From Octopus sinensis (lineage: Eukaryota): DNA of 64,000 nt. Positions 26,995 to 40,217 of this stretch are shown one piece after another; positions within the stretch are counted from its first letter, which is position 1; each line of letters starts with the position of its first letter. The stretch spans positions 57,846,001 through 57,910,000 of the forward strand of contig NC_042997.1 of the NCBI RefSeq assembly GCF_006345805.1, written 5' to 3'. The notes beneath the pieces are model-generated. The model saw only the letters and a list, made by a program, of their open reading frames with translations, did not search any database and was not told the DNA's origin. A program made the translations under genes and the position numbers.

Positions 26995-27300
26995 TGAAGG
27001 CACATGACTCAGTGGTTAGAGCATCAGGTTTACAATTGTGGGGTTTTGAGTTTGATTCCTGGACCAGGCTGTGTTGTGTTCTTGAGCAAGGTACTTTATT
27101 TCATGTTGCTTCAATTCACTTGGCTGTAGAAATGAGTTGCAATGTTACTGGTGCCAAGCTGTACTGGCCTTTGCCTTTCTCTTGGACAATATTGGCAGTA
27201 TAGAGAGGAGAGACTGGTATGCATAGGTGACTGTTGGTGTTTCACAAACCACCTTGCATAGACTTGTGCCTCAGAGGATAATTTCCTGAGCTGACAAAAG
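26995..27300 (+). mobile_element. tRNA-derived SINE, third family
   Basis: GACTCAGTGGTTAGAGCATCAGG...GAGTTTGATTCC head and CTTGAGCAAG core; homologous to 34265-34585. Confidence 0.7.
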
Positions 27301-27954
27301 CTTTGTTAGTAGAGCTGGTGGACAGAAACTGAAAGAAGCCCATTATATATGTGTGTGTGTATTTGTATGTCTTTGTCTTGACATCCTGTAATAATTGTAA
27401 ATGAGTGTCACTGTCATACAAGTGGGGTCATTTGTTTTCCAGTCTACCATGGAAACTTGTCTGGCTATAGAGAAATATTACTATGCTTGGAAACTGGTGA
27501 GGGTTGGTTCTAGAAAGGACACCTAACCATAGAAAATCTGTTTTAACAAATTCTGCTTGACTCTTGAAAGTATGGAAACATAGACACTACCCCCCCCCTG
27601 CCACACACACACAGAGTACAGATAAAAAAACAGATGTAAACTTATGTAAATGAAACAACATTAGGTTAAAAATTTGTAATTTCTGACGTGGATATTTGTT
27701 TATGTTTATTTGTTATTTAATAGAGAGAGAAACAAGGCAATGATGTAAAGAATGAGTGTATTTTTATTTATTTTTTTTAAACGGCAAGTAATTCTATAGA
27801 AGTGTATTGTTTTGAAAAAATAGGGAGTAGTTTTTCTGAAACTTCTGACTTATGGCCTTGTTGTTTTCCGATAAGACAAGTAAACAATGTTACAGATACT
27901 GATTAGAGTAACAATTTTATTTTTTTATAACACTTTTAATATAATAATGATAAT

Positions 27955-28431
27955 ATTGGTTTCAAATTCTGGCACAAGGCCAACAATTTTGGGGGAGTGG
28001 ATATGTCAATTACATTGACCCTGGTGCTTATTTTATCAATCCCTGGTGCTTATTTTATCAATCCCTGAAAAGATGAAAGACAAAGTCGACCTTGGCTGAA
28101 TTTGAACTCAGAATGTAAAGGACAGATGAAATGCCGCTAAACATTTTGCCAGGTGTTCTAACAATTCTGCCAGCTTGCTGCCATATAAAAGTAATAATAT
28201 TGGTTTCAAATTCTAGCACAAGGCCAGCAAGTTTTAGGGAGTGGGTAAGTCACTTACATCACCCTGAGTGCTCAACTGGTACTTATTTTATTGACCCTGA
28301 AAGGAAAAAGGTAAAACCAACCCTGGCAGAATTTGAACTCAGAATATAAAAATGGACAAAATGCCACTAAGCATTTTGCCCAGCATGTTAATGATTCTGC
28401 CAGCTCACCACCTTATAAAAGTAATAATATT
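27955..28431 (-). mobile_element. Two adjacent copies of the (TTA)-tailed SINE
   Basis: Two ~230-bp homologous copies; the second is bracketed by the direct repeat ATAAAAGTAATAATATT (~28185 and ~28415), consistent with a TSD. Confidence 0.75.
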
Positions 28432-28569
28432 AATTTAACATTGTCTGGAGTTTTATTGTATTTAAGGCTTTGAATTTTAGTATGGTAGTGATAAGTTGCA
28501 ATATATTCAGATATTTTTGATTTATGCTCACTTTTAAATCAAAATAAAGGCATATCAAATAACCATGAA

Positions 28570-30475
28570 TAAAAGTACTACTGATGCTATATTCCTGGTA
28601 AGGCAGCTGCAGGAGAAATACCTAGCCAAAGATAAGCCCCTGTACCTGGCTTTTGTTGACATGGAGAAAGCCTTCGACAGGGTCCCCCGATCCCTTATCT
28701 GGTGGGCAATGAGGAAACTAGGGATAGATGAATGGTTAGTGAGAGCTGTGCGGGCCATGTACAGGGACGCCGCTAGTAGGGTGAGGGTTGGAAATGTGTA
28801 CAGTGAAGAATTCCGGGTCGAGGTAGGAGTCCACCAAGGCTCAGTACTCAGCCCCCTCCTATTTATCATAGTCCTTCAGGCAATAACGGAGGAATTCAAG
28901 ACAGGATGCCCTTGGGAGCTCCTCTATGCTGATGACCTTGCTCTAATTGCTGAGTCGCTATCAGAACTGGAGGAGAAGTTTCAGGTGTGGAAACAAGGAT
29001 TAGAATCGAAGGGCCTCAGAGTCAATCTAGCTAAAACCAAAGTCGTAATCAGTAGGAAGGTAGACAAATCACAAACACCTTCAGGTAGATGGCCCTACTC
29101 GATCTGTAGAAAAGGTGTAGGTAGAAACTCTATAAGATGCACCAAGTGTAAGCTATGGACACATAAGAGATGCAGCAATGTCAAAGGAAGGCTAACTAGG
29201 AAGATGGTTTTTGTATGTGGCAGATGCTCAGGAACAATAAACACTGAAAATGCTCTGAGACCAACTTCCGTCACTTTCCAGGGAGAAAAACTAGAAATAG
29301 TTGATAGTTTCCGTTACCTAGGTGACCAAGTCAGCAGCGGGGGCGGGTGTACTGAAAGTGTAACTGCTAGAGTAAGAATAGCTTGGGCAAAGTTCAGAGA
29401 GCTCTTACCTCTGCTGGTGACAAAAGGCCTCTCGCACAGAGTGAAAGGCAGACTGTATGATGCGTGTGTACGAACAGCCATGCTACATGGCAGTGAAACA
29501 TGGGCCGTGACTGCTGAGGATATGCGTAAGCTCGCTAGAAATGAAGCCAGTATGCTCCGATGGATGTGTAATGCCGGTACTCACACTCGGCAGAGTGTAA
29601 GTACCTTGAGAGAAAAGCTGGACCTAAGAAGCATCAGTTGTGGTGTGCAAGAGAGACGTTTGCGCTGGTATGGTCATGTGGCGAGAATGGATGAAGATAG
29701 TTGTGTGAAAAAGTGCCACACCCTAGTGGTTGAGGGAACCTGTGGAAGAGGCAGACCCAGGAAAACCTGGGACGAGGTGGTGAAGCACGACCTTCGAACT
29801 TTAGGTCTCACTGAGGAAATGACTAGAGACCGAGACCTCTGGAAGTGTGCTGTGCGCGAGAAGACCCGGCAGGACAAGTGAGTCCATAACCCGTGGCCTT
29901 CTACATGGGATGGAGCCAGCCTACGTATGCATACCTTCCCTTCTTGGGACACAAAACTCTACTTGTGAAGACGTGATGAGGCAAGTGAGGATCAGAATCG
30001 AAATCGATCAATGGAAATTGCGGATGTGCTACCAGTGCCGGTGGCATGTCAAAACTCTGCTTGTGAAGACCCGTTGAGGCAAGTGACGATCAGAATCGAA
30101 ATCAATCAATGGAAATTGCAGATGTGTTACCAGTGCCGGTGGCATGTAAGAGAACTTTCCGTTTCGCGACCGTTGCCAGCACCGCCCCGTTTCGTGTCCG
30201 TTGCCAGCCTCGCCTGGCCCTCGTGCCGGTGGCACATAAAAAGCACCATCCGTTCGTGGCCGTTTGCCAGCTCTGTCTGGCACCAGTGCGGGTGGCACGT
30301 AAAAAGCACCCACTACACTCACGGAGTGGTTGGCGTTAGGAAGGGCATCCAGCCGTAGAAACACTGCCAGATTTGACTGGGCCTGATGAAGCCTTCTGGC
30401 TTCACAGACCCCAGTAGAACCGTCCAACCCATGCTAGCATGGAAAACGGACGCTAAACGATGATGATGATGATGA
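28570..30475 (+). mobile_element. 5'-truncated young RTE-clade LINE
   Basis: Uninterrupted 438-aa ORF 28565-29881 with AFVDMEKAFDRVP, GVHQGSVLSPLLF, LLYADDL and FRYLG, plus a Cys-rich insert. The 3' UTR ends in (GAT)n at ~30475. Confidence 0.95.
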
Positions 30476-32205
30476 ATAAAAAATTCTGTAAAGTATAAAA
30501 CGGAAAATGAGTAGAATAAGATTCAAATTAAACTCAAGAATAGAAATGGTAAATAAAATAGTGATATATAAATTCTAAATGTAATTGGTGATGTAACACC
30601 TTATAAATGCCAATGGATTATTAGTCTTATTTTTCTAAAGAGTTATATGAGGAGAAGCAGCATCTGTATACTTCGAGGGCTTTCTCAGACTGGCAAGATT
30701 GGAATTTTTGAGGTTCAGTTTAAACTGCCATAGTTTAAACTGGGTAGTGAAGTGATTTCAGGTAGCTGTAGTCCTGAGAATAAAAAAGTGAACAAAATAT
30801 TTAGTTTGGGTAGAGGGACAATAGGGATGATGAGAGAAGAGGCAGGTACATCTGTTTGGAGTGAGGTGTTATGCAACAAGCTAGTTTGTAAGAACAGAAG
30901 CTATTGAAATAGTGGTAGAAGGGGTAGAGAAGAGAAATTGTATCTATCAATGAGTCAGTAGTTACAGTGTATTAATGAATCTTTATTAGGCCACTGTAAT
31001 AACATTTATTTAGGATGCAGTTTAGGATCTTTGTGTATTATAGGCATAAACATGGCTTTCTCTTAGTGCTGTTTAATGTGACTGGATTGTTATGGTCCCA
31101 TCAGATTTGCATTGATTCCATGAACAGCAATCCGACTTCTGGGATACATTGACTGTACATAACCTAACCCTAAATTTAGCTTAATGCAATTAGTTAAGGC
31201 TGAGGATTCTCTAGCCAAATGATTATTATTCTTATTTTACTAATGAGTTATATGAGATGGCAAGATTGGAGTTTTTGAGGTTCAGTTTAAACTGCCATAG
31301 GTGAATACTTATAGGGAAAATGTGGGTAGTGAAGTGATTCCAGGGAGGTGTAGTCCCAAGAATAAAAGACTGAACAAAATATTTAGTTTGGGTGGAGGGA
31401 TAGGTACATCTGTTTGGAGTGAGGTGTTATGCAGCAATAAAAACATGTTTCTGAGTTTACAGTGTCTTATGTAGCTCAACATTGCATCAGGCAAAACATA
31501 ACATCCACTAAATGATAAAGGACCAAGAAAAATTGTTATGTTTCAGGATGATCATTTTATTTTTTTCTTGCCAAATAAACACATGCACTATATATTTGTT
31601 CTTCACTTGTTTATTACTGTTCTTATTTTATCTTATGTCCATTGTCTGGAAATCTTTTGTCACACTTCTGTGACCTCTTCTATCCCACAAACAAAACAAG
31701 AGAATAAATATGGGATAGATGAGTCACCGAAGAGGTCACAGCTGAGTGATGCAAGATTTACAGTCAATGGACATAAGAGAAAATAAGAGCAATAATAAAC
31801 AAGTGAAAAATGAACATATAGTGTGTGTGTTTATTTGACAAGAAAGAAAAAATGACCAACCTGAAACATAATATCTGTTTCAACATGATTTCAAATCAGG
31901 AATCTTGCAAAACAAAATTCATAAATGGAACAGGAGAAAATAAATTAAAAAGGGCAGGGGATTAAAGAAAAATTACGACTGAGAAAATAAGAGCCAAATA
32001 AATGTAAAAATTAAATTTACAAGGCATCCAATCTTTAACATGAAAGGAAGAGAGAAAGTTTATCATTGTGCTATACTAAGATTTGTTCAAAAGAGAGTTT
32101 ATCCTGAGAAAGGCTGCATGTGCTAAAACAGCCTTTAATAAAGCTCTACAGTGCCCTCCCTACTTACAATCTTAGATTCTCCCTGAAGCTTCTGTATGAA
32201 TAAAC

Positions 32206-32534
32206 CAGAGGTTCTCAACTGGAGTGCATATGGCCCCTGGGGATCCATATAATATTTTGGGGAGTCCATGCTAGCAAAATAGGAAATAGGGGAGCCACAG
32301 TAGAATTTTAATGTTGCACAAAAAGTTCTGATTTAAATGTGCATATTGTATGAAACAGCAAGAAACATTTTATATAGTTTAACCTTCACAAGTGGATGAG
32401 TGAATAACAAAATAGGAATTTAGTGAGAAGTATATATAAAATTGTTTTTTAAACATCAAGTGGCTGTGGGGGGTCCATCAGAGTAAAATTGTAAACAAAG
32501 GGTTCCATACATAAAAAATGGTTGAGAACTACTG
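32206..32534. mobile_element. hAT-like MITE
   Basis: TIRs CAGAGGTTCTCAAC and GTTGAGAACTACTG; 8-bp flanks GAATAAAC and GAATACAC. A related left end lies at ~49222. Confidence 0.75.
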
Positions 32535-33769
32535 GAATACACGAAGCCACTGTTTTCTCTCTTTCTTAATTTACTTCTAATTTTTTTCTATCTTTTATCA
32601 CCTTTCTTCATGTTTGTTACTCTCCTTTTCTATTATAATTCTCTAATTTACTTCTCTCTAATTCTGGCATTTCTTCTCTCCCTCTTCTTTTAATCCCACA
32701 CTTACTCTAATCTCCTTGGCCTTAACTATCTCAAACATATATTCTTCATTGTGGTAAATTACCATCCTAATTAGTGTCATATCTCTATGCTGTGGTCTGA
32801 AGTACCAGGAAATGTATGAATAAATCATTTACAAAGAGATAGGAGTGGAAAGCAAGAGGTTAGATAAGTTAGAATGATAGGAAAGTTGACACGAATTTAA
32901 TAAATAATATTGTGTGTGTGTGTGTGCACCTTGCTGATGTGAATACCTCTTCGAAAATTCAAGAGAAAGAGGATAACTAAAGACAACTGATTCAAATCTT
33001 CAGCTTTTATATCCAGATTATAAATTTACATTTATATCTATAATTGTGCTCTTGGGTTTTGTTTGTGACAATCTGAAAAAGCTAAGGTTTTCAGAAAAAG
33101 AAGTCAACTAGCAAACATGCACATTACAAATAAAGTCTATAAGCAGAACAGTAAAAATATGCAAAACTTTCCTCAAGGACAAAATGTGACATTGCTTATG
33201 TTACCTAGAGTTGAATGATGGAACTTTGTATCGTCATTAGAAACCAGTTCTTTCTTTTCAGGAAGATTTCAAATAATGACAATTAGTACAGAACACACAC
33301 ATACATGCATGCGCGCACATACACACACACACGGCACAAACATATATGTTTGAATGTTTGTATTGTGTGTATATTTTAAAATTAGCTTCTCATGAAGCAG
33401 GACAGAATCATTTCATACATGTCCTCCCCACCCCACTCTTTACCTTACTCTCTTCAGACAAGTAAAAGTGTTGTAAGAAGGGAAATTTCTAGAAATGAAA
33501 GATTAGGTAAATTTGTATAGTTTGGTTTCTAGATGATAACAGATACTTTAAAAGAATTTAGATGTGAAAGGGGTTTTGTGAGAAAACATGGTCTGTTGCT
33601 AGACAAGTGTATTTAGTGGGTTAAAGATTGTTGAATTTTCTTTTTTAGATGAATATATCTATGAATATTTTTATGTATAGCAGCAACACTGGTCTAAAAG
33701 TATTGTAATCAAAAGCAGTCCTGTCTAAACAGCTTTTGTCAGTGAGTCTGGGGGAAAAGGTGTTTCTCA

Positions 33770-34191
33770 TCTCTCTCTATATAAACGACAGTTTGTCTGT
33801 CTGTGTGTCTGTCAGGTTGTACCCTCACTCTGACCACGGCTTTCAACCGATTCTGATGAAACTTGACACACACATAGCCCAATGTCATAATTCAAAACTA
33901 ACGCAGTGAAAATTTTGAAAAGTTCCCCCAGTTCTGAAAAAAATCGATAAATTCGACATGGGGTCCAGAATCTAAGCTTTTTATATGCAACACATTTTCG
34001 GTCTAGGGGACACAACTCGACCTTTTTATCGGCTAAAGGGACAGCTAGGAACATCGTATACACAGAAATATTCAAGTGAAGAGAAGACATTGCAACCTAC
34101 ACATGCGCCTTCGTTCCCTAGAGGGAAAGGACTAGATTGGGATTAGTCGTTGCCTACTAGGGGCTCTTACATACCCGGGCAACGCTGCTAG
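33770..34191 (+). mobile_element. Non-autonomous Helitron (~420 bp)
   Basis: A|TC...CTAG|T boundaries; homologous to 50687-51086. The right arm of the 3' hairpin is deleted in this copy. Confidence 0.85.
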
Positions 34192-34264
34192 TATTTTATA
34201 AAAGCCTCCTCTAATCATGTGAGTGACAGGAATGAGAAAGAAACTGACTAATGATTATTGCATT

Positions 34265-34585
34265 GACTTGCTGAGTGGTTAGAGCATTGGGCTCACAATC
34301 ATTAGGTAGTGAGTTCAATTCCCAGACTGAATGCATGTTGTGTTTTTGAGCAAGACACTTTATTTCATGTTGCTCCAGTCCACTCAGCTATAGAAATGAG
34401 TTGTGACATCACTGGTATCAAGCTGTATTGGCCTTTGCCTTTCCCTTGGACAACATCGGTGGTTAGGTGAGAGGGGAGGCTGGTATGCATGGGTGACTGC
34501 TGGTCTTCCATAAACAACCATGCCCGGATTTGTGCCTTGTAAGGAACTTTCTAAGTGCAATACCATGGTCATTCATGACTGAAGT
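34265..34585 (+). mobile_element. tRNA-derived SINE, third family
   Basis: GAGTGGTTAGAGCATTGGG...GAGTTCAATTCCC head; homologous to 26995-27300. Confidence 0.7.
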
Positions 34586-35751
34586 GGGTATATTAATCAT
34601 TATTCAGTTTTTAATCTCATTCATTCCTTATGTCAAGTGATTAAATCTCAATGGTTAAATTGCTATGATGCAGTGAGAAAGGTGACATAATTGCTATTGT
34701 TGTTTAGGCCTCGGCCTGCTCTGGTCTGGTAGACATATGACCATTTTCATCTTTCTTGTATTAGAGACTAAATTATATCTTTGTTTAAGACAGTAGGTTA
34801 TATTTGAGGAATTTGGTTGCTATTTCTAACAGACATCAAGCAACTATATACAAGCTCTAATACATAAATCTACTTTTGATTACAGATCTCCCTTTTAACT
34901 TGCAGATCTGTCATTAAAGGTATTTCAGATTTCACCATCTATTCTTGATGTTGCAATCTTTTTAAAGCTATAGTAATTAATTTCCAGCAACTATTTCTAC
35001 TTCAATATAAGTAGCTATTACAGAGTAGACCAGTTCACTGCTGTTAGAAAGGATGCAATGAATCCTGAATCTTTTCCATTATGGTTCCAGAGAAGACAGT
35101 CTGCTTAAAGAGTTTGCTTTACAGTCACATGGTACCTTGGGCAAGTGTCTTTTACTATGGCTGTGAGTGAAATTTAGTGAATTGAGAATATACAGAAGCC
35201 TTTAAATGGACTGTGCTCATTCTTGGCTAATAGACTTAGTCTGTTGTTTGGTTTAACACCACCATCTGACCCTTAGCTGTCTTTAGTGGAGTCCAGTCTA
35301 TTGGAAGCAATTGAACAGGTCTCTGATCAGGTAACTGATTTTTTCCCTTTGTTTATACCTCAATCTTGGAAGCCAGGAAAAAAATGTTCACAGTTGTAGC
35401 CCTTTTATCTCCGACTAAGCTATAGATGAAAAAAAAGTAGCATCATAAAACTGATGAATGTATCAGTAGCTTACTGATTAGAATAAACTTAAACTTTGGA
35501 AGAGTAAAAAAAAAAACTCCACTTTCAGTTGTCATTACTAAAACTAGAAAATAACTGGGATTTTATGACATTAAAAAAATAATACAGAATACATACTTTA
35601 TTTAAATTTTCAGCTGTACAAGTTGTCAAATAATAGGATTAAAAAATAGTTTTAAAAAAATGAATTTTGTGCAATTAATTCTGCTTTAAATGCAATTATT
35701 TGTTTTGAAATTTTTTTAATACTTTATTTTCATTAATATATATTTATTCAG

Positions 35752-37600
35752 GGTGACCAATATTGGTGAAGCAAGGTTGATATTTGTTTCTCCTCGAGCT
35801 GAACAAATTCTGGCCACAATCCGCACCAATATATATATTGCAATGAAACAGAAAGACAATGATGGTTCTGCATCTCCAACTGTAAGAAGTATTTCAGATT
35901 GGGAAACAATTTCTAATAGAGAATTACCATTTAATCAAAATTCTAAACCAGTGAGCTTGAGACGAGGAACATCATATGATCCGAGTATGTTTGTCACTTT
36001 GAGGAGGAATACTCATGAAGAATATCAAGGATCCAAGATTCAAGATTTCTCCATACTTGCTAATCCTCCTCCTAAGCCTGCCAGATCTTGGTTGTATATT
36101 CCTAGTTCAGCTTCTTCAGTTGTCTCTGAGACAATATCATGTCCTGATAAAGTAGTGATGAATTGTGATATCAACCGTGAATCTTTTAACCGACAGTGTA
36201 TCTTTCGACACAGTGATTCAGAGTTACAACCTCACTTAAATGTCAACATTCCGCAGCAGTTAATAGATGATCACATCAATGCAATTCAAGCCAAGACACC
36301 AACAGAAATGAAAGGGTCAATTTGCTCTAGGGACTCTGGGATTATGTGTGCATCTGAATTAGCATGTCAAGACTCAGAAACTACTAGAGACTATCGTTGC
36401 CAAACATTTCGATCAAATTCAACAGACAGTGCCGTGTCTCTGCAGTATGAACGTCAAAAATCACAAACCCAAAACAAACTGTCTCTAAATAGTCCCATTC
36501 TAGAAAGAAGTTTAAAGTTGCCTTCAACTGCAGATTCTGTGGAAGTTCAGTCTGTTAGTAGCAATATTTACTGGGATATTGATGCAGCTAATGCATCACA
36601 GGAAATAGTTCCCGATCTTAAAGAGAAAAAACAGTTTCTTTCACCTAAGGCACGATCAGAGTGGGATCTTTCCTGTAAAAAAATCAAAGAAGAAGATGAA
36701 AATGATAATCTGTCACAAAAGAGTAACCATGAGTATGAAGAGGTGAATTATGTAAGGGAAAGTTGGACAGAAGAGGAAGTCCAACCTCCAGCACTTCCTG
36801 AAAGACCAAAGACACTTCAGCTTAATTTGGACAAATTGCCACAGAAGTCCTCTGGAACTCTAATGGAAAAGATTCAGGATTCATTGCACCAAATATCACC
36901 AAAGATAAAAAGAAGAATAAATGACAAACAACTATTGAGAACAAAGAATTTGAATAGTATTATTAATAATTTCCGGAAATTTTCTGAAGGGAATAAAGTA
37001 AATCCAGAAACTGGGACAATTCTCAGAGAATACAAGAAAGAATTCAAACGTCGTGATAGTGACATCATTGTAGATATTCAAAGAGAACAAACTATATCAG
37101 AATGGCGTGGCAACCGCATTCTGCATTCATTTTCTGCCTCAGATGCTTCACAGTTGTTTTGGAATGAAGAAGAGACAAAAGAAGGTGTTTTTGTTGTTGA
37201 ACAAAAAATTCCTGAGAAGGAAACATTTCTAGCAAGAGATCCATTTGGTATGCTTCCTGAGAAAAAAATTAAGCAGTCAGAAGATATCGGAAAATCACGA
37301 TGTTACAGTGAATGCTATGATACAGATTCTAATTCTGCTTCTAGTGATAATGACTCAGATTATGAGCTCACATTCCGTAGGCGAACAATGTCACTAGAAA
37401 GTAAACTTGGGCATCAGATAATTCGGAAGAAAGTCAAACAGTTGAAAAATGATAACTTTTTACGGAAAGCTCGGCCAAATATTGAAAAGGATACCCTTTT
37501 GTCATCCTCTGATACTTATTCCTCACAATATATTGATATGAGTGGTAATTCACTCTTGAAGAATGTAGCTGACATAGAAGTAGAAAACAGGAAATCTTAA
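35752..37600 (+). CDS. DOK/IRS-like adaptor, terminal exon: end of the PTB domain plus a ~580-aa disordered tail
   Basis: AG acceptor at 35750-35751; the phase 2 join gives ESGL-VTNIGEARLIFVSPRAEQILATIR (PTB C-terminal strand and helix). Coincides with the 615-aa ORF 35753-37600. Tail motifs: PPPKP, PPALPERP, YEEV, YIDM, RRGTS, RRDS. The three exons total 2379 nt = 793 codons including the stop. Confidence 0.88.
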
Positions 37601-39729
37601 AAAAGATTGAAGGAAATATATTCAAATAACAGAGTTGCTTCTATTTATTGCCTAACTACTGCAGCAACAACACATATTGGTTTCACTTGGTTAGGCACAA
37701 AAAGCTCTACATTTTTAGTAAGGAGAAATGAGACATTTTAATATCTGTGTCTTTTGCAAGGGCACTAGCAGCCATAAGTGAAGTGAATTAACTTCAGCAG
37801 AGAACTGAAATCACATTGTGCTCTCAGCTGGTTGGTAGCTTAATGATTCCTTTATGATACTCCTTAAAAGCAAACAGAAAATTATATGATACCTATGTCA
37901 TGAGGTATATAATATTTTAATGGCATAGGGATTATGTCTATATATAAGAAACATTGGCATGCCAAGTATTTCCGTGTCAAAAACAGAATCTGAGGAAACT
38001 GATGGTGCTCTGTGTTGGCAAAAATTAAAAAGTGAGGTTCATGGATTTAGACAAGTTCATATATCATGGGGAAAAGCATAATATGGTCTTTGCCTAGGAG
38101 TAAAGAAAAAAAAATTACAACTATAAAATTTCGTTTTTCTTTTAGATGAAGGTCAACTTTGACACATCAGATTTCTCTTCTCTCTGTGGTATAAAAACTT
38201 ACACAAAATAATGATTTTCTTGTCAGTATTACAAGTTTCTGATATACGATAAACATTATATCTATGACAAATATCAAATGTACAACAAATATTTTAAACT
38301 TGACATGTATTTAAATATTTCGAAAAAAAATGAAAATATATTTTAAAATCTTAAATTGTTTTTATAAAGAACACAAAATTATTAATCTTTTAATATTTTT
38401 ATTCTAAAGACAATTCAGAACATTGTATACAAATTGCAATGGTTTGTTGCTGATGAGTATGATAGATATGACTATGATTATGATGACTAATGTTTCCTAC
38501 TTTTTAGTTTGCAACCAATTAGGTGGCTTTTGTTTAACATGAAGCAGTATACTGAGTAAACAATATCAAATGATAAACTATTTTGATTCTTAAATATTGA
38601 ATATAAATATTAAGATAATTGTATTTTAGGAATGAAGAGAAGAAATAAAATCTCTGAAAAACAAAGCAAAAAAAACTGTAAATAAATTTATATTTAAAAT
38701 GCTAATTAGAAATTATTGCAAAATAAAATATTTGATTTTTAGGATGAAATGACAAGAAATTTAATCTTTGTATGTATCTCCTTTTTAGAGAGGATGTAAC
38801 TCTTTTTGTAGCGTTATCACAACTGACTTTGGAGCTGTTATTAAAACAGATTTTCATTATTCAATCCCATTTTTTCCCCTACAGAGTAAATTCAATATCA
38901 ATCAACTTATTTTAGCACAAATACATGTTGGTTATCTATTAGTAGGCAAAATAATGTTTACTGAATATTGTTTTAAGTACAGGCATGGCTAATGTGCTTT
39001 TGGGTTCAGTCCCACTGCTTAGTACCTTGAGTAAGTGCCTTCTAATATAGCCAACAAAAGCCTTGTAAGTAGATTTGGTAATCCACTTAGAAGCTTTTGG
39101 AAAATGGAAGAAGCCTGTGTGTGTGTGCGCGTGTGCACACCCTTGTCTTCACATCATGTGATGGTTGCAAACAATCATCATCATCCATCATACAATCAAT
39201 GTTGTTTGTTTCAAGTCTTCTGTGAAAAACATGCCTAGCGATAGGGATATATTAACTTGCCTGGAAATAAGTCAGGGTTGGCAACAGGAAGGCATCTTGC
39301 TTTTGAGAATATGTCTCAACAAAACTGTCTGACCCATGCAAGTTTACATGCAAGTTTACACCATTAAATGGTGATGATGACAATGATGATGAGACCATCC
39401 AATATGCTTAAACGATGATATTAATTTAGGAATAAAAATACTTTTTTACTATTTTAAATCAGTTTTTCCTTAGTTGCATTTTTAAATGTGTTTAGCTGTG
39501 CAGTAGGTATGAAATGATTACTAAAAAGAAGAAAAAAAAAGGGAAAAGGACTACAAGCACGGATGTTTATTGTTAAGTTCTCTAGATAAGAGTGACGAAG
39601 TAAGTAGAGTTATGTACCTTGCCTTGTTGCATGTATTAAGTACATTTTTTTTTTTTGTAGCTTCAATGTTTCAGTCTTAATTAGGTTTGTTAAACTAGAC
39701 TGCAGATAGCAGATTATGCTACTTTTCAG

Positions 39730-39844
39730 GTCTACCTGTTGTTGAGAGCAGTATTCCTGCAGTTGATTTGGATGAGAATGGACTTCCTATCAACTTGGAT
39801 GACATGAATGACGAAAACCGAGAGAAAGAAGAGGAAAAGATAAA
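39730..39844 (+). CDS. Orphan coding-like exon of unassigned gene or isoform
   Basis: TTTTCAG acceptor; only one frame is open (LPVVESSIPAVDLDENGLPINLDDMNDENREKEEEKIK), with protein-like composition in AT-rich surroundings. Weak donor AA|GTTTGC at 39845. Confidence 0.45.
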
Positions 39845-40217
39845 GTTTGCTGTTGTTGTTGTTGTTAATTTGGGATGCTTCTACTTTAACATTTTTTAAT
39901 TTTAAATCTTAAATTATCAACTAAGTAAATTATAACTTAATAATATCTGTCTGTTCTCTCTCTCTCTCTCTCTCTCCCCTTTGTGTGTGTGTATTATATA
40001 TACATATATATTCTTTGTTCACTTCCCTCGCTTTCAACCTGTGCTAATGGGGTAAATAATGTAATTCTTAGAGCCGGTGTCTATTTCCAGCATGTGGTAC
40101 TACTCATTAGTACCCTTATCATAATTATATTTATATCATTATATATTTTGTATTAATTGTTACCTATATGGTTTTATTACATGCTGGTTACTTGATAAAA
40201 TCTTATATATATATATA

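Noticed and set aside
30380-30410. CTGATGA-AGCC-TTCT-GGCT hairpin in the RTE tail resembling a hammerhead
   Set aside because: No GAAA follows stem II, and sister copies read CTGATGC or CTGGTGC, so the core is not conserved.
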